From an uncultured virus (IMG/VR IMGVR_UViG_3300025131_000021) (lineage: Duplodnaviria; Heunggongvirae; Uroviricota; Caudoviricetes): a DNA stretch of 64,000 bases. The notes below the pieces were generated by a model. That model was given only the letters and a program-made list of their open reading frames with translations, did no database searches and was not told the DNA's origin. Positions within the stretch are counted from its first letter, which is position 1, and the number at the start of each line of letters is the position of its first letter. Location of the stretch: positions 1 to 64,000 of the IMG/VR virus record IMGVR_UViG_3300025131_000021; one strand, given 5' to 3'. This document shows, piece by piece, positions 10,300 through 19,536 of the stretch. The position numbers and the translations under genes were made by a program.

Positions 10300-11892
10300 C
10301 TAACTTGTAATCATACTATGATACGGTTCTATATAAGGCATTCTTAAATATCTATTTGGTGCACCACATATACTATCGTCATTATTATAATCATCATCTA
10401 ATCCTGTTGAATATAATCTATTTGCTATACCTTCATCAATGAGCCATTGATTAGCATCATCTTGTGTCCAAGTAGGATGAAGTTGTAACATACAAGCAAT
10501 TACTCCAGTTACTTGCGGACTTGCCATACTTGTACCTGATAATGCAGTAACTTTATAACTAGAATTTCTTGGATCATTGTAGCCACTTATATAAGGACTC
10601 ATAATATTTGATCCTGGTGCCCATATATGTAATCTTGCGCCTTTAGTTGACGAATATCTAGTTTGCTCATACCATGTTCCACCTGACGATAGATATGATC
10701 CTTCAACATTACCAACAAGTCCTATATTTGCTGTTGATGTTGTTGGTGTACCACCTCTATGATAATACTTAATACTATTATAATATTTGTCAAAATACCA
10801 ATTATTATAATCAATATGCCCTGAACCTACAATTACATACTTGTTATTGCCAGCGGCATTATACATTATTATTCCATCATCTATGCAATCTTGTACATCT
10901 GCATCAATTGATGAAACAAAATTACCATGAGTACTACTTACACCTATTCCTCTATTTTCTAATTCTGCTGGACTTGGCCAATCACTTCCAGTATAACTAC
11001 CAGCACCCCAATCACCATGTGATCCAGTATATTCATAAGTCCAATCTGTTCCTCTATAAGTTCCATAAACAGGTTGCAAAGCATTAGTATAATATGACCA
11101 ACTATTATTACAAACAGTAGGTCTACCTGCATTAGGACCTGATTTATTATTATGCCATCCTCTAATTAATTCAAAACAAGTATATGAACTAATTGCATAC
11201 GTATTTGATAATGTAGCCATTGCATATATGTCTGCACCTCTTGCCCAGCCGTGTGTATTACCTGCGGCTGTTCCTGCTACATGACTTCCGTGTCCGTTTT
11301 GATCGCTGTAAAAATTAGCATTTTGAGAACCAGAAATTCCTGATTCCGTATACCAATCTATTTCTTGTATTCGAGATCCACCAGTACCATCAGGATTAAC
11401 TGTGTACTCTGGATGCCCGGCAGTTATACCTGTATCAATTATAACTACATCAACACCTGTGCCATCTAATGCATAATCATGATCAGCGGTTATACTTGTA
11501 CTATTAACACCTCCAAATGCATCAGTATTATTAGTATAAGAACAACTACGTAATCCCCAATTTTTTATATCAGAACCTCCTGAAGTTCTATGAAATTGTG
11601 CATCTTCATATTTTCCAAGAGTCGTAACAGGCATATTTAATATTTCCTGTTTTAATTGTACATCTAGTACTCGCGAATCATTTCTTAATTCTGCGGCTTC
11701 TAAATGTGATAATGCATACTCTGTATTTCGTTTACTTCCCGGTCGTTTATCAACCCAATCAATAGGTTTATCCGGAATACTGGCTAAACTTGTATCAGAG
11801 TTTTTGAGCCCCGATGTGTCTTTTGTCATTTGATCAAAGAACTCTGACGGGTCACAATCTTTCTTCAGAGTAACTACATATTCTTGTTCCAT
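10300..11892 (-). CDS. Subtilisin-like serine protease (S8) with I9-like propeptide
   Basis: Catalytic motifs VVIIDTG, GHGSHVAG, NAAGN, GTSMASPQV; N-terminal EYVVTLKK. Confidence 0.93.
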   Translation of the reverse strand: MEQEYVVTLKKDCDPSEFFDQMTKDTSGLKNSDTSLASIPDKPIDWVDKRPGSKRNTEYALSHLEAAELRNDSRVLDVQLKQEILNMPVTTLGKYEDAQFHRTSGGSDIKNWGLRSCSYTNNTDAFGGVNSTSITADHDYALDGTGVDVVIIDTGITAGHPEYTVNPDGTGGSRIQEIDWYTESGISGSQNANFYSDQNGHGSHVAGTAAGNTHGWARGADIYAMATLSNTYAISSYTCFELIRGWHNNKSGPNAGRPTVCNNSWSYYTNALQPVYGTYRGTDWTYEYTGSHGDWGAGSYTGSDWPSPAELENRGIGVSSTHGNFVSSIDADVQDCIDDGIIMYNAAGNNKYVIVGSGHIDYNNWYFDKYYNSIKYYHRGGTPTTSTANIGLVGNVEGSYLSSGGTWYEQTRYSSTKGARLHIWAPGSNIMSPYISGYNDPRNSSYKVTALSGTSMASPQVTGVIACMLQLHPTWTQDDANQWLIDEGIANRLYSTGLDDDYNNDDSICGAPNRYLRMPYIEPYHSMITS

Positions 11893-11897
11893 AATAC

Positions 11898-11904
11898 TAT
11901 TTAT
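11898..11904 (-). promoter_or_regulatory. Putative late promoter 5 nt upstream of ATG (possibly leaderless mRNA)
   Basis: ATAAATA then GTATT then ATG; no Shine-Dalgarno room. Confidence 0.55.
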
Positions 11905-11916
11905 TGCAAAATATTA

Positions 11917-13734
11917 TTATGTAATTTCTATAGTCCAGGATCCGTCTTTAAAGGGCATGTTGGCGTATCGGTTATGTCCGCCATGTAGGCTGTCTGTAAC
12001 AGTATAATCTTGGCCGCCACCGAGCCAGGCTGCTGTGGGGCCTGCGCCATACCTATCTGCGGGAGTATTTGTAGTACCTTGGTGAATTGCTCCGGATTTA
12101 TGACATTCTGATCGTACAAAATCACGGACATTTTTTTGATTCCAATGAGGATTGGCTTCAAGTAAACAAGCAACCATACCACATACTTGTGGGCTTGCCA
12201 TACTTGTACCACTTAATGATTTCCAATGGTAACTAGAATCTCTAGGGTCGGTCCAGGAACTATTTGCGGCATTTACAGGTCCTGCAATATTAGTTCCGGG
12301 GGCCCATACATCTATTCTAGGTCCACTATTTGAATAATCTGCTTTTTTCTCTGTTGTTGTTCCAGGTTTATTAGTATCAGCGATTGCTCCAACACAAACA
12401 GGCATCATTCCATTATCATTCCAATGCGAACCTGGGGAGCCACCTTGCATATGTTTTATTGAGCCTCTACTAACAGTTCCGTATTCGGTTGCCCAGTCTC
12501 TACCTAAATCTGACATATTTAATTTTCTCGGACAACCATCAGTATCGTTATATGCAACATCTATTTTGTGATATTCATTACCTGCGGCGGCTACAAAAAT
12601 TACTCCAACATCCATACATTGTTCCATATCTGCTTTTATATCTGATCTAACTCGCGGATGCACCCAATAATTAGATGGATCATCTGTATCTTCGTATCCT
12701 GTTTCACCAAAAAATTCTTTACGTTGGTTTCCTGATGTATATCCTGCTTCAGCAAATCTGTAAGCCTGACCAGAATCATAAGGATAATCACCATATCTCC
12801 ATGCATGTATTGTCATATTCCAATAATGCTCTAAAATAATCCAACTTTGATTTACTACTGTAGGTCGTTTATATCCAGTTGATGCCTGGGCTGTTTTTTG
12901 TGTATGAAATGCTTCTATCATATCAAAACTATATGCATGAGAAACATATGCGGCATCTTGAATTTTTTGTGACCATATACCTGCTTCTGTTGCCCATCCA
13001 CAAGTATTACCTACTGCTATTCCAGCAACATGAGATCCATGTCCGTAACTATCATTATGATAACCATCATAACTATAACCACCAGGCATATTAATACCTA
13101 ATGCATTCCACCAATGATATGTGCTATCGTATCTTGAACCACCTGTGCCATCAGGATTAATTGCAAACTCGGGATGATCTCCTATTATACCTGTGTCTTG
13201 AATTATAACATCTACTCCTTTACCTGTCAAGTTATAACCATACTTTCCAGTAAGTTCTGTAGAGTTACTATTCCATCCTCCAGCAGTTGTAGTCATAGAA
13301 CGTAAACCCCAATTTACATCCCATGCTTGCGATGGACTCCTATCAAAATTCATATCAGTTGGTGCCCACCCTACTGCTCCTTGGGTACCTCTATAATGAC
13401 ATAATCCTATATTTTGATGGGGATCGTTTTCAAATGGAATTTGCACATCGTCGACTCTAGGATCTTTACGTAACTCTCGCACTTCTTCTAAAGACATGCT
13501 ATAATGTGTATTACAATTACTTTTTTCTCGTCTATTTACAGTATCTATAGTTCTTGTTGGTATTTGTCCTGTATCGGAAAGGGAGGCTGAATCACGAATC
13601 ATTTTATCATGAAAATCTGTTGCATCTGCATCTTTTTTTAATGTCACGATATACTCCTCTTGAGCAGTCATATCAAGACCGTTTGCAATTTCTTCTTCTT
13701 CTAGTGCTTTTAATTCATCTAATATGTCGCTCAT
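11917..13734 (-). CDS. Subtilisin-like serine protease (S8), paralog of adjacent gene
   Basis: VIIQDTG, GHGSHVAG, AAAGN, GTSMASPQV; shares NPDGTGGSR and DPRxSSY with its neighbour. Confidence 0.93.
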   Translation of the reverse strand: MSDILDELKALEEEEIANGLDMTAQEEYIVTLKKDADATDFHDKMIRDSASLSDTGQIPTRTIDTVNRREKSNCNTHYSMSLEEVRELRKDPRVDDVQIPFENDPHQNIGLCHYRGTQGAVGWAPTDMNFDRSPSQAWDVNWGLRSMTTTAGGWNSNSTELTGKYGYNLTGKGVDVIIQDTGIIGDHPEFAINPDGTGGSRYDSTYHWWNALGINMPGGYSYDGYHNDSYGHGSHVAGIAVGNTCGWATEAGIWSQKIQDAAYVSHAYSFDMIEAFHTQKTAQASTGYKRPTVVNQSWIILEHYWNMTIHAWRYGDYPYDSGQAYRFAEAGYTSGNQRKEFFGETGYEDTDDPSNYWVHPRVRSDIKADMEQCMDVGVIFVAAAGNEYHKIDVAYNDTDGCPRKLNMSDLGRDWATEYGTVSRGSIKHMQGGSPGSHWNDNGMMPVCVGAIADTNKPGTTTEKKADYSNSGPRIDVWAPGTNIAGPVNAANSSWTDPRDSSYHWKSLSGTSMASPQVCGMVACLLEANPHWNQKNVRDFVRSECHKSGAIHQGTTNTPADRYGAGPTAAWLGGGQDYTVTDSLHGGHNRYANMPFKDGSWTIEIT

Positions 13735-14708
13735 TATGTATTCACCACCGTAGCTCTAGTATCAAATCTAAGCCAATTAGTGCCATCATAAAATACTGGA
13801 GTAGGTTGAGCATTACTAGATCCGTCTGTTGCATCACATGCATATGCTATTGCTCCTGCACTTGGTGCGCCTAGAGCATTTAAAGCGGTAACTGTACATA
13901 CTGCTAAACCAATAGGCGAACACGCTCTTGTTTCACCAGCGGCGTTAAGACAAATATAATTTCCTGCATTTATATTAAATGTGCCTGATGCAGTTGTAAT
14001 CAAACAACATGAAATACATAAAGTATTAGCAACTAATGTTCCACCAATATGTGCATTACATGCAATGCCTACACCACCAGATACCATAAATGCACCTGTT
14101 GTTGAACTTGTTGATTGGGTTGTATTTGTTATAGTAAGTGTACCATCAGTACAATAACAAACATCATGTCCTGAATATTTGCAAAGATAGCCTGTTCCTG
14201 AACCACCTGTAATACCTGTTAAGTTACTTCCATCACCAATGAAACAATCAGCAGTAACATTTCCACCAACTTTTATATCGCATACTACACTAATTCCGCC
14301 ATCGGTTTGTATAGACCCATCAGTTGTAGATGTTGCATTTGTAGTATTTTCAGTATATATTTTACTTTCTGATATAATATGTCCTTCAATATACGCATCG
14401 CATTTAACACCTAAGCCTCCTGAGCAGGCTATTAAAGAACCGGTTACTCCTGATGTTGCATTAGTATTTTGAGTTGCGGTATAAACTGTGGCTGATTGAA
14501 TTGTATTACAAGTAAGAGTACCGGAGACTGTCATGTCTCCTGCTACATTAATGTCACCACCAATCCAAGCATCACATGCAATACCGGCTCCACCTAGCAT
14601 TACTAAGGCACCTGTGCTAGTACTTGTTGAATTTGTTGTTGTCTTAAGACATAATTTATCTGCGGTTAAATTATAATCACCGCAAATACAAGAAGTGATG
14701 TCAGTCAT
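13734..14708 (-). CDS. Cys-rich fibre/decoration protein
   Basis: TNSTSTSTGALxxxGGxGIACD repeats; 20 Cys in 324 aa. Confidence 0.8.
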   Translation of the reverse strand: MTDITSCICGDYNLTADKLCLKTTTNSTSTSTGALVMLGGAGIACDAWIGGDINVAGDMTVSGTLTCNTIQSATVYTATQNTNATSGVTGSLIACSGGLGVKCDAYIEGHIISESKIYTENTTNATSTTDGSIQTDGGISVVCDIKVGGNVTADCFIGDGSNLTGITGGSGTGYLCKYSGHDVCYCTDGTLTITNTTQSTSSTTGAFMVSGGVGIACNAHIGGTLVANTLCISCCLITTASGTFNINAGNYICLNAAGETRACSPIGLAVCTVTALNALGAPSAGAIAYACDATDGSSNAQPTPVFYDGTNWLRFDTRATVVNT

Positions 14709-14719
14709 TAGTGATTATC

Positions 14720-15481
14720 CTAGTGTAAATCTGTCCATGCACCGTTAGCATATCCTCTAAATTTGCAAGTATCGGATTTATAATACATTTGGCCTTCGGC
14801 ACCTGCTGGATCACTTGTGGCAGTATGAAGTTGAACAACATTGCTCATTGTTAATTTACCAGCAATGTATGCATCACAAGCAACTCCAATTCCTCCATCT
14901 GTTTGTATTGAGCCAGTTGTACCACTAGTTGAATTAGTAGTACTGTCAACAGTAATGGCACCAGCAATGTATGCATCACAAGTAACTCCAAGTCCGCCAT
15001 CTGTTTGTATTGAGCCAGTTGTACCATTAGTTGAATTAGTAGTACTATCGACAGTGATGGCACCACCAATATATACATCACAAGCAACTCCAAGTCCACC
15101 AGCATTAGTAATAGCACCTGTGGTTGTGCTAGTTGAATTCGTTGTATCTGTTGCACTAATAATACCTGCGGCTATTGTTTTAACAAAAACACAATTCCAT
15201 TTTTGTGGCGCAGAACCTAAATTATAGGTTTCATCTGTATCGGGTATAATATGTGATATTACATCAGCAGTAAAACAAACAGAATCAGTATTAGCATCAC
15301 CAATAACTGTATTACCAGTGGCATATAAATTACCTCCAACACAAATATCTTTAGTAACACCAACTCCACCTGCAACAACTAACGCACCGGTTGTTGTACT
15401 TGTTGAATTTGTGTCACTTATTATTGTTACACATGTTGAATCAATACTATATTCGCCTGCTATTTTTTCTGTATGTTTCAT
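14720..15481 (-). CDS. Cys-rich fibre/decoration protein with 34-aa tandem repeats
   Basis: DSTTNSTxGTTGSIQTDGGxGVxCDAYIAG repeats. Confidence 0.8.
   Translation of the reverse strand: MKHTEKIAGEYSIDSTCVTIISDTNSTSTTTGALVVAGGVGVTKDICVGGNLYATGNTVIGDANTDSVCFTADVISHIIPDTDETYNLGSAPQKWNCVFVKTIAAGIISATDTTNSTSTTTGAITNAGGLGVACDVYIGGAITVDSTTNSTNGTTGSIQTDGGLGVTCDAYIAGAITVDSTTNSTSGTTGSIQTDGGIGVACDAYIAGKLTMSNVVQLHTATSDPAGAEGQMYYKSDTCKFRGYANGAWTDLH
14861..15064. repeat. 102-bp tandem direct repeat (two near-identical copies; a degenerate third follows)
   Basis: agcaatgtatgcatcacaag... recurs at 14861 and 14963. Confidence 0.8.
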
Positions 15482-15489
15482 TTATATCT

Positions 15490-16428
15490 CTAATGTAAAT
15501 CTGTCCATGCTCCATTAGCGTATCCTCTGAACTTGCAAGTATCTGTTTTATAATACATCATTCCTTCAGTTCCTGCAGGATCGCTAGTTGCACCATGTAA
15601 TTTAATTGTTCCGCCCATTGTTAAACTTGTTAATGTACCAACACTTGTAATACCTGCTTGTGCGGCATCTACACTTAAAGAATGGGCAACATTTTCTCCG
15701 GTAGTTGCTCCTGAAGATGTTAGTCCGGTTCCAGCAGTTAATGTTCCAACATAGTTACCGGAAGTATCAGTACCAAGTGTAACCGAATTTGCTTGAATTG
15801 TTGCTGTTCCTGTTACATTTCCTGATCCATCAAACCCACTTGAAGTCCATACAACATCTCCTGTCATACCAATAGTTCTAGCCGTTGTAAGTTTATCAGC
15901 AGTTCCTGATGAACCACCAGTTGAGCCAGCAGTTGTAGCACAACAAACTGAAAAATCACATGCTAATACTTTTTTAAATGCATTATCAGTTGCATCAACA
16001 ACTACTAGATAATCAGTGTTACTGTCAATTGGATTATACATTTGATCGCATATAACACCTGTGCTAACAGTCATACAACCACTAGAAGCAAGAGTTATAT
16101 CTCCTGAAACTGCTTTTGCGGTATAGCAACTTCCTTGCCCTACTAATACATTTCCTGCAGATGCAGTTGCAGTAACAACATCTGTTAAACAATTAAGGGC
16201 TAAACCAGTTGTGTGTGCTACTGATTTCCAAGTACATGAAGATGGATCAGAATCAAAATATTCTACTGCATATGTTTCATTATTATATCTTAACGAACCA
16301 CCTTTTAGTGTACTACCTGAAGCACAACGAGAAGCAGTATTACCAGCAGGCAACACCATATTACTACATGTGCCTACTTCTAAATTGCTCGGTGCTGAGC
16401 TCGGATATGGTACTATTACTGAAGTCAT
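15490..16428 (-). CDS. Cys-rich fibre/decoration protein (likely start ATG 16428, MTSVIVPYP)
   Basis: The ORF-track start at 16623 runs through the MCP terminator; ATAAATA lies at 16455-16461; ADKLTTARTI fibre motif. Confidence 0.8.
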   Translation of the reverse strand: MTSVIVPYPSSAPSNLEVGTCSNMVLPAGNTASRCASGSTLKGGSLRYNNETYAVEYFDSDPSSCTWKSVAHTTGLALNCLTDVVTATASAGNVLVGQGSCYTAKAVSGDITLASSGCMTVSTGVICDQMYNPIDSNTDYLVVVDATDNAFKKVLACDFSVCCATTAGSTGGSSGTADKLTTARTIGMTGDVVWTSSGFDGSGNVTGTATIQANSVTLGTDTSGNYVGTLTAGTGLTSSGATTGENVAHSLSVDAAQAGITSVGTLTSLTMGGTIKLHGATSDPAGTEGMMYYKTDTCKFRGYANGAWTDLH

Positions 16429-16454
16429 AATTAAATCATTCTTTATATTGTAAT

Positions 16455-16461
16455 TATTTAT
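16455..16461 (-). promoter_or_regulatory. Putative late promoter
   Basis: ATAAATA just downstream of the MCP terminator, upstream of a fibre gene. Confidence 0.6.
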
Positions 16462-16481
16462 CTTTAAGAAATAATGGTCAT

Positions 16482-16512
16482 AAAAAAAGGTACTGCCGAA
16501 ACAGTACCTTTT
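16482..16512 (-). terminator. Rho-independent terminator after major capsid gene
   Basis: Minus strand AAAAGGTACTG-TTTCGG-CAGTACC-TTTTTTT. Confidence 0.85.
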
Positions 16513-16522
16513 GTAGTAAACC

Positions 16523-17692
16523 TTAAATGAATGAAAGGTTTGTTGTGTTGATTGCGATCTTTGCAAGATAGTCGCCAGCATTACCCAAGGATGATGCTGA
16601 GTTTGAAAGTTCAACATAACCATATCTGGTTAAGAAACTTACGACTGGTTCGAACGAAGTCGGATCAAGTACAACACCAGAGCTCATCAACGGAACGTAT
16701 GGGCAATAGAAAGATGCCGCATCCATTTCGCCTGGTCCTTTATAACCAACGAGGATGTCTGTGCTGTCAGTTGCGTATGCGTCAACATAAACACGAACTG
16801 AACTGTTCAATGTACCAACAAATTTTGTATTAGTTGGTGCTTCGAAAGTACCTTCAGTTGTTCTTGCGAACGCTGAAGTTGTTGCACTTTGCAATACTGT
16901 AAGAGCAGTTGGTGAAACAACTACCCAGTTACCTGCACCACGACGTGTGCGTTGAGCTATCAAGTTAGCGGCTCTATTTACAAGAACTGCTAAAGCGGCA
17001 TGCTCGTCGCCAACATATGTGGCTGTACCAGATACGGAACCTTGGTCGTATGTACCAATGGCCGTTCCGGACAATGTTCTTAAACTGCCAAGAATGTCTT
17101 GATCAATCTCTGCTGTAATCTCTTGTGCTAAAGCGGCCATAATCTCTGCTTCAACATCAAGCCCATGCTGGGATTGTGCATCTTGTGCGGCTTCAAAAGT
17201 CCAACGAGCGGACAGTCTGCGTGACTGAGCTTCGACTGTTTGCTTTAAGACTTGAATGGATAGCCTGTTACCGGCAACCCCTTCTAAATCTGCTGTTGGG
17301 CTCGGTGCGGCCGATGATCCTGGTGCACCTGAATAATTTGTTGCGATATCAAACGGACTAAGAGCTTCTTGACCTGCAGTTCCACCATTATCGGTGTCTG
17401 AGTATCGTACTCTTAACGTATGTATCTGTGCTACGGGTCCACTCATTGGTTGGACTCCGATTATTTCGTTAGCAATAACTGTAGGCATAACCCTGCGGAT
17501 GACCGGTAAAATAACCTTATTCAATGTTGCAACGTTACCAGCATGTGAAGCACCAGCGGTTGCTGTCTCCATCAACTGGGAGCGTGTATTTTCTAAGGTT
17601 GTTTCCATGACAACTTTTTTGTTGCCTTGTAGACCGTCGCAGAGAGCCTCTTTTGTTTGTTGCCAATTTGACTCAAAAATTGCGTCTGCCAT
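16523..17692 (-). CDS. gp23: Major capsid protein (T4 gp23-like)
   Basis: LPVIRRVMPTVIANEIIGVQPMSGP, SRRLSARWTFEAAQD, EITAEIDQDI, FYCPYVPL, TRYG motifs. Confidence 0.96.
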   Translation of the reverse strand: MADAIFESNWQQTKEALCDGLQGNKKVVMETTLENTRSQLMETATAGASHAGNVATLNKVILPVIRRVMPTVIANEIIGVQPMSGPVAQIHTLRVRYSDTDNGGTAGQEALSPFDIATNYSGAPGSSAAPSPTADLEGVAGNRLSIQVLKQTVEAQSRRLSARWTFEAAQDAQSQHGLDVEAEIMAALAQEITAEIDQDILGSLRTLSGTAIGTYDQGSVSGTATYVGDEHAALAVLVNRAANLIAQRTRRGAGNWVVVSPTALTVLQSATTSAFARTTEGTFEAPTNTKFVGTLNSSVRVYVDAYATDSTDILVGYKGPGEMDAASFYCPYVPLMSSGVVLDPTSFEPVVSFLTRYGYVELSNSASSLGNAGDYLAKIAINTTNLSFI

Positions 17693-17718
17693 TATATTCT
17701 CCTACTTTTCTCTGTTTT

Positions 17719-18885
17719 TTACTTCATACCTGCTAATTTTTGCAGGTTTAAAATCTCAGCTTTTGCATCGCTGGTATCTGGATTAATGTGGATGGGTTTA
17801 TTCCCGGTTACCACGGTCCGCCTTGATTGCGTTTCTGATTCTTTTATAACTTTAGTGTTTTCATTAAGTTTTTGCTTATTTGCTTCCTGCCTCTTCATCT
17901 TCTTAGCAGAAACAGCAGTTTCTTCATTTAATACACCAGGCAAGTACTTTTGATAAGAACCTCTAAGTTGATCTGTTTGGACACTCTCCAACAGTTCGCC
18001 CATGAGAGCTCTTTTACCCTTTGCCAGTGGGCTTAATAATTCACTTAAAACTTTTTCGCGTTTTGCGGAGTCCTCAGCGATTTTAATTTTTGCATTTGAT
18101 GTTTTAATTTCATCGATTGCTTTTTGTAGAGTATTATTACTTTCATTAAGTTTTGACTCTAAATCTTCTACCCTGTTTTGGTACTTTTTGACTTCTGTTC
18201 CATCTGCAAGATGACTTGTTAAGAATTCTGCCGCGAAAGATTCAAATATCTTCCTGCCAAAGTTGTTCTTTTTGGCTGTTTCAATGTCCTCTTTAAGAGC
18301 ATTAATTTCGCCCTTTAAAGCACCTGCTACAATACCTTCAACTTTTTCAGCGGCCTTTTTAACAAAATCACGCTTTGTCTCGGCAATTAAAGCCTTGCCT
18401 TCTCTAACCAATTTAACTCGTTGCTCTACAACCGCTCGTTTATCGGTGTGGAATTCGTTAAGTTCTTTGGAAATGTTCTTAACAATAAAACTTTCCAACT
18501 TAGCGAAGTTTTCTCCACTAGCCTTGCGATCAGTACGAAGTTGTTTTACTTCGTTTGCAAGAGATTCGGTTACGAATTTATCAAGGATATTGGCATGTTC
18601 TTTGACAGATTTCGTATAATTTACACGACTGTCAACTAAGCCTTTTTTATCCTCGGCAAGTTCTTCAATTTCTACTTTAATTGCATCCGAAAGCATATTA
18701 TCCATTGCTTCAACAATTTGAGATTTATCATGCTCATATCGTTGACTAAACTCCTCACGCAATTCGGCTTTCATAGCCTCTTTTTGCTCTGTAAGTTTAG
18801 AATCCCATGCTTCCTGGATGGATGTCCTTGCATCCTCGGAGAGTGCCTCGGAACCTAACAGGTCTTCTATTGCATTATTAGCCAT
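17719..18885 (-). CDS. gp22: Prohead core scaffolding protein (gp22-like)
   Basis: Coiled-coil Glu/Lys-rich protein between gp21 and gp23; LSED..IQEAWD motif. Confidence 0.85.
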   Translation of the reverse strand: MANNAIEDLLGSEALSEDARTSIQEAWDSKLTEQKEAMKAELREEFSQRYEHDKSQIVEAMDNMLSDAIKVEIEELAEDKKGLVDSRVNYTKSVKEHANILDKFVTESLANEVKQLRTDRKASGENFAKLESFIVKNISKELNEFHTDKRAVVEQRVKLVREGKALIAETKRDFVKKAAEKVEGIVAGALKGEINALKEDIETAKKNNFGRKIFESFAAEFLTSHLADGTEVKKYQNRVEDLESKLNESNNTLQKAIDEIKTSNAKIKIAEDSAKREKVLSELLSPLAKGKRALMGELLESVQTDQLRGSYQKYLPGVLNEETAVSAKKMKRQEANKQKLNENTKVIKESETQSRRTVVTGNKPIHINPDTSDAKAEILNLQKLAGMK

Positions 18886-18897
18886 TATATTTCTCTC

Positions 18898-19527
18898 CTA
18901 CTTATTGAGTTCATTTATAAACCCAAGTATTTGTTTCTGTAAATGCGATTGAGCTCGCCTATCGTGCGTTGTCGCTTCTGCTAACCTAGTTAAAATATTA
19001 GCACCATTCATATTTTGCAAAGCCTCATAAATTGGCTTTGGATATGCATCTGGAGCACTCGGCTGAGCAACAATATCTACAGTTACAATTTCAAAATCAC
19101 TAACTTTGCCTCCTTCGGAAACGTTACCGCTTCCTCTAGAACTTACACCAAGTTTAACACCTGATTCTAGCAAAGTCTTGACTATATTACCCATCGGCGT
19201 TGGTAAAATTTTAAGTTTACCTACGCCATCTGAGCCTTTCATACCCATTTCGGTTATCATGTGACTTACACGATCCAGATTAACCGTTAAATCGTCCGGA
19301 TGATCTGCTTCGCCTAACACTGAAAACCCATGGTTAATTTTTTCCTGCAGTGATTGAACTGCGGAGGCAATTTCATTAATTGGGTAAACCCGGGAGTTTT
19401 GATTTTTAACATCACCTTGAATAAAAACGCCATTCATGAAAAGGTTCTTGTCAGATCCTTCACCTTCTGTGACAGTTTCTACGTTTATCGCGGCTTGTTC
19501 AAAACTCAACTTTTCAATTAACTTCAT
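18898..19527 (-). CDS. gp21: Prohead protease (gp21-like)
   Basis: GVFIQGDVKNQNSRVYP, LGEADHP, VSHMI, TPMG, LGVSSRGSG, DIVAQPSAPDA. Confidence 0.95.
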   Translation of the reverse strand: MKLIEKLSFEQAAINVETVTEGEGSDKNLFMNGVFIQGDVKNQNSRVYPINEIASAVQSLQEKINHGFSVLGEADHPDDLTVNLDRVSHMITEMGMKGSDGVGKLKILPTPMGNIVKTLLESGVKLGVSSRGSGNVSEGGKVSDFEIVTVDIVAQPSAPDAYPKPIYEALQNMNGANILTRLAEATTHDRRAQSHLQKQILGFINELNK

Positions 19528-19536
19528 TGTTTATCC

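Noticed and set aside
1..16428. Codon reassignment (TGT/TGC not meaning Cys) as the cause of Cys excess
   Set aside because: Cys replaces several different residues, both codons are used, and core genes use Cys normally at conserved sites (CPLC hook, SCPN, YCPY)
16429..16623. N-terminal extension of the 15490..16623 ORF
   Set aside because: Overlaps the MCP 3' end and its terminator; ATG 16428 has its own late box
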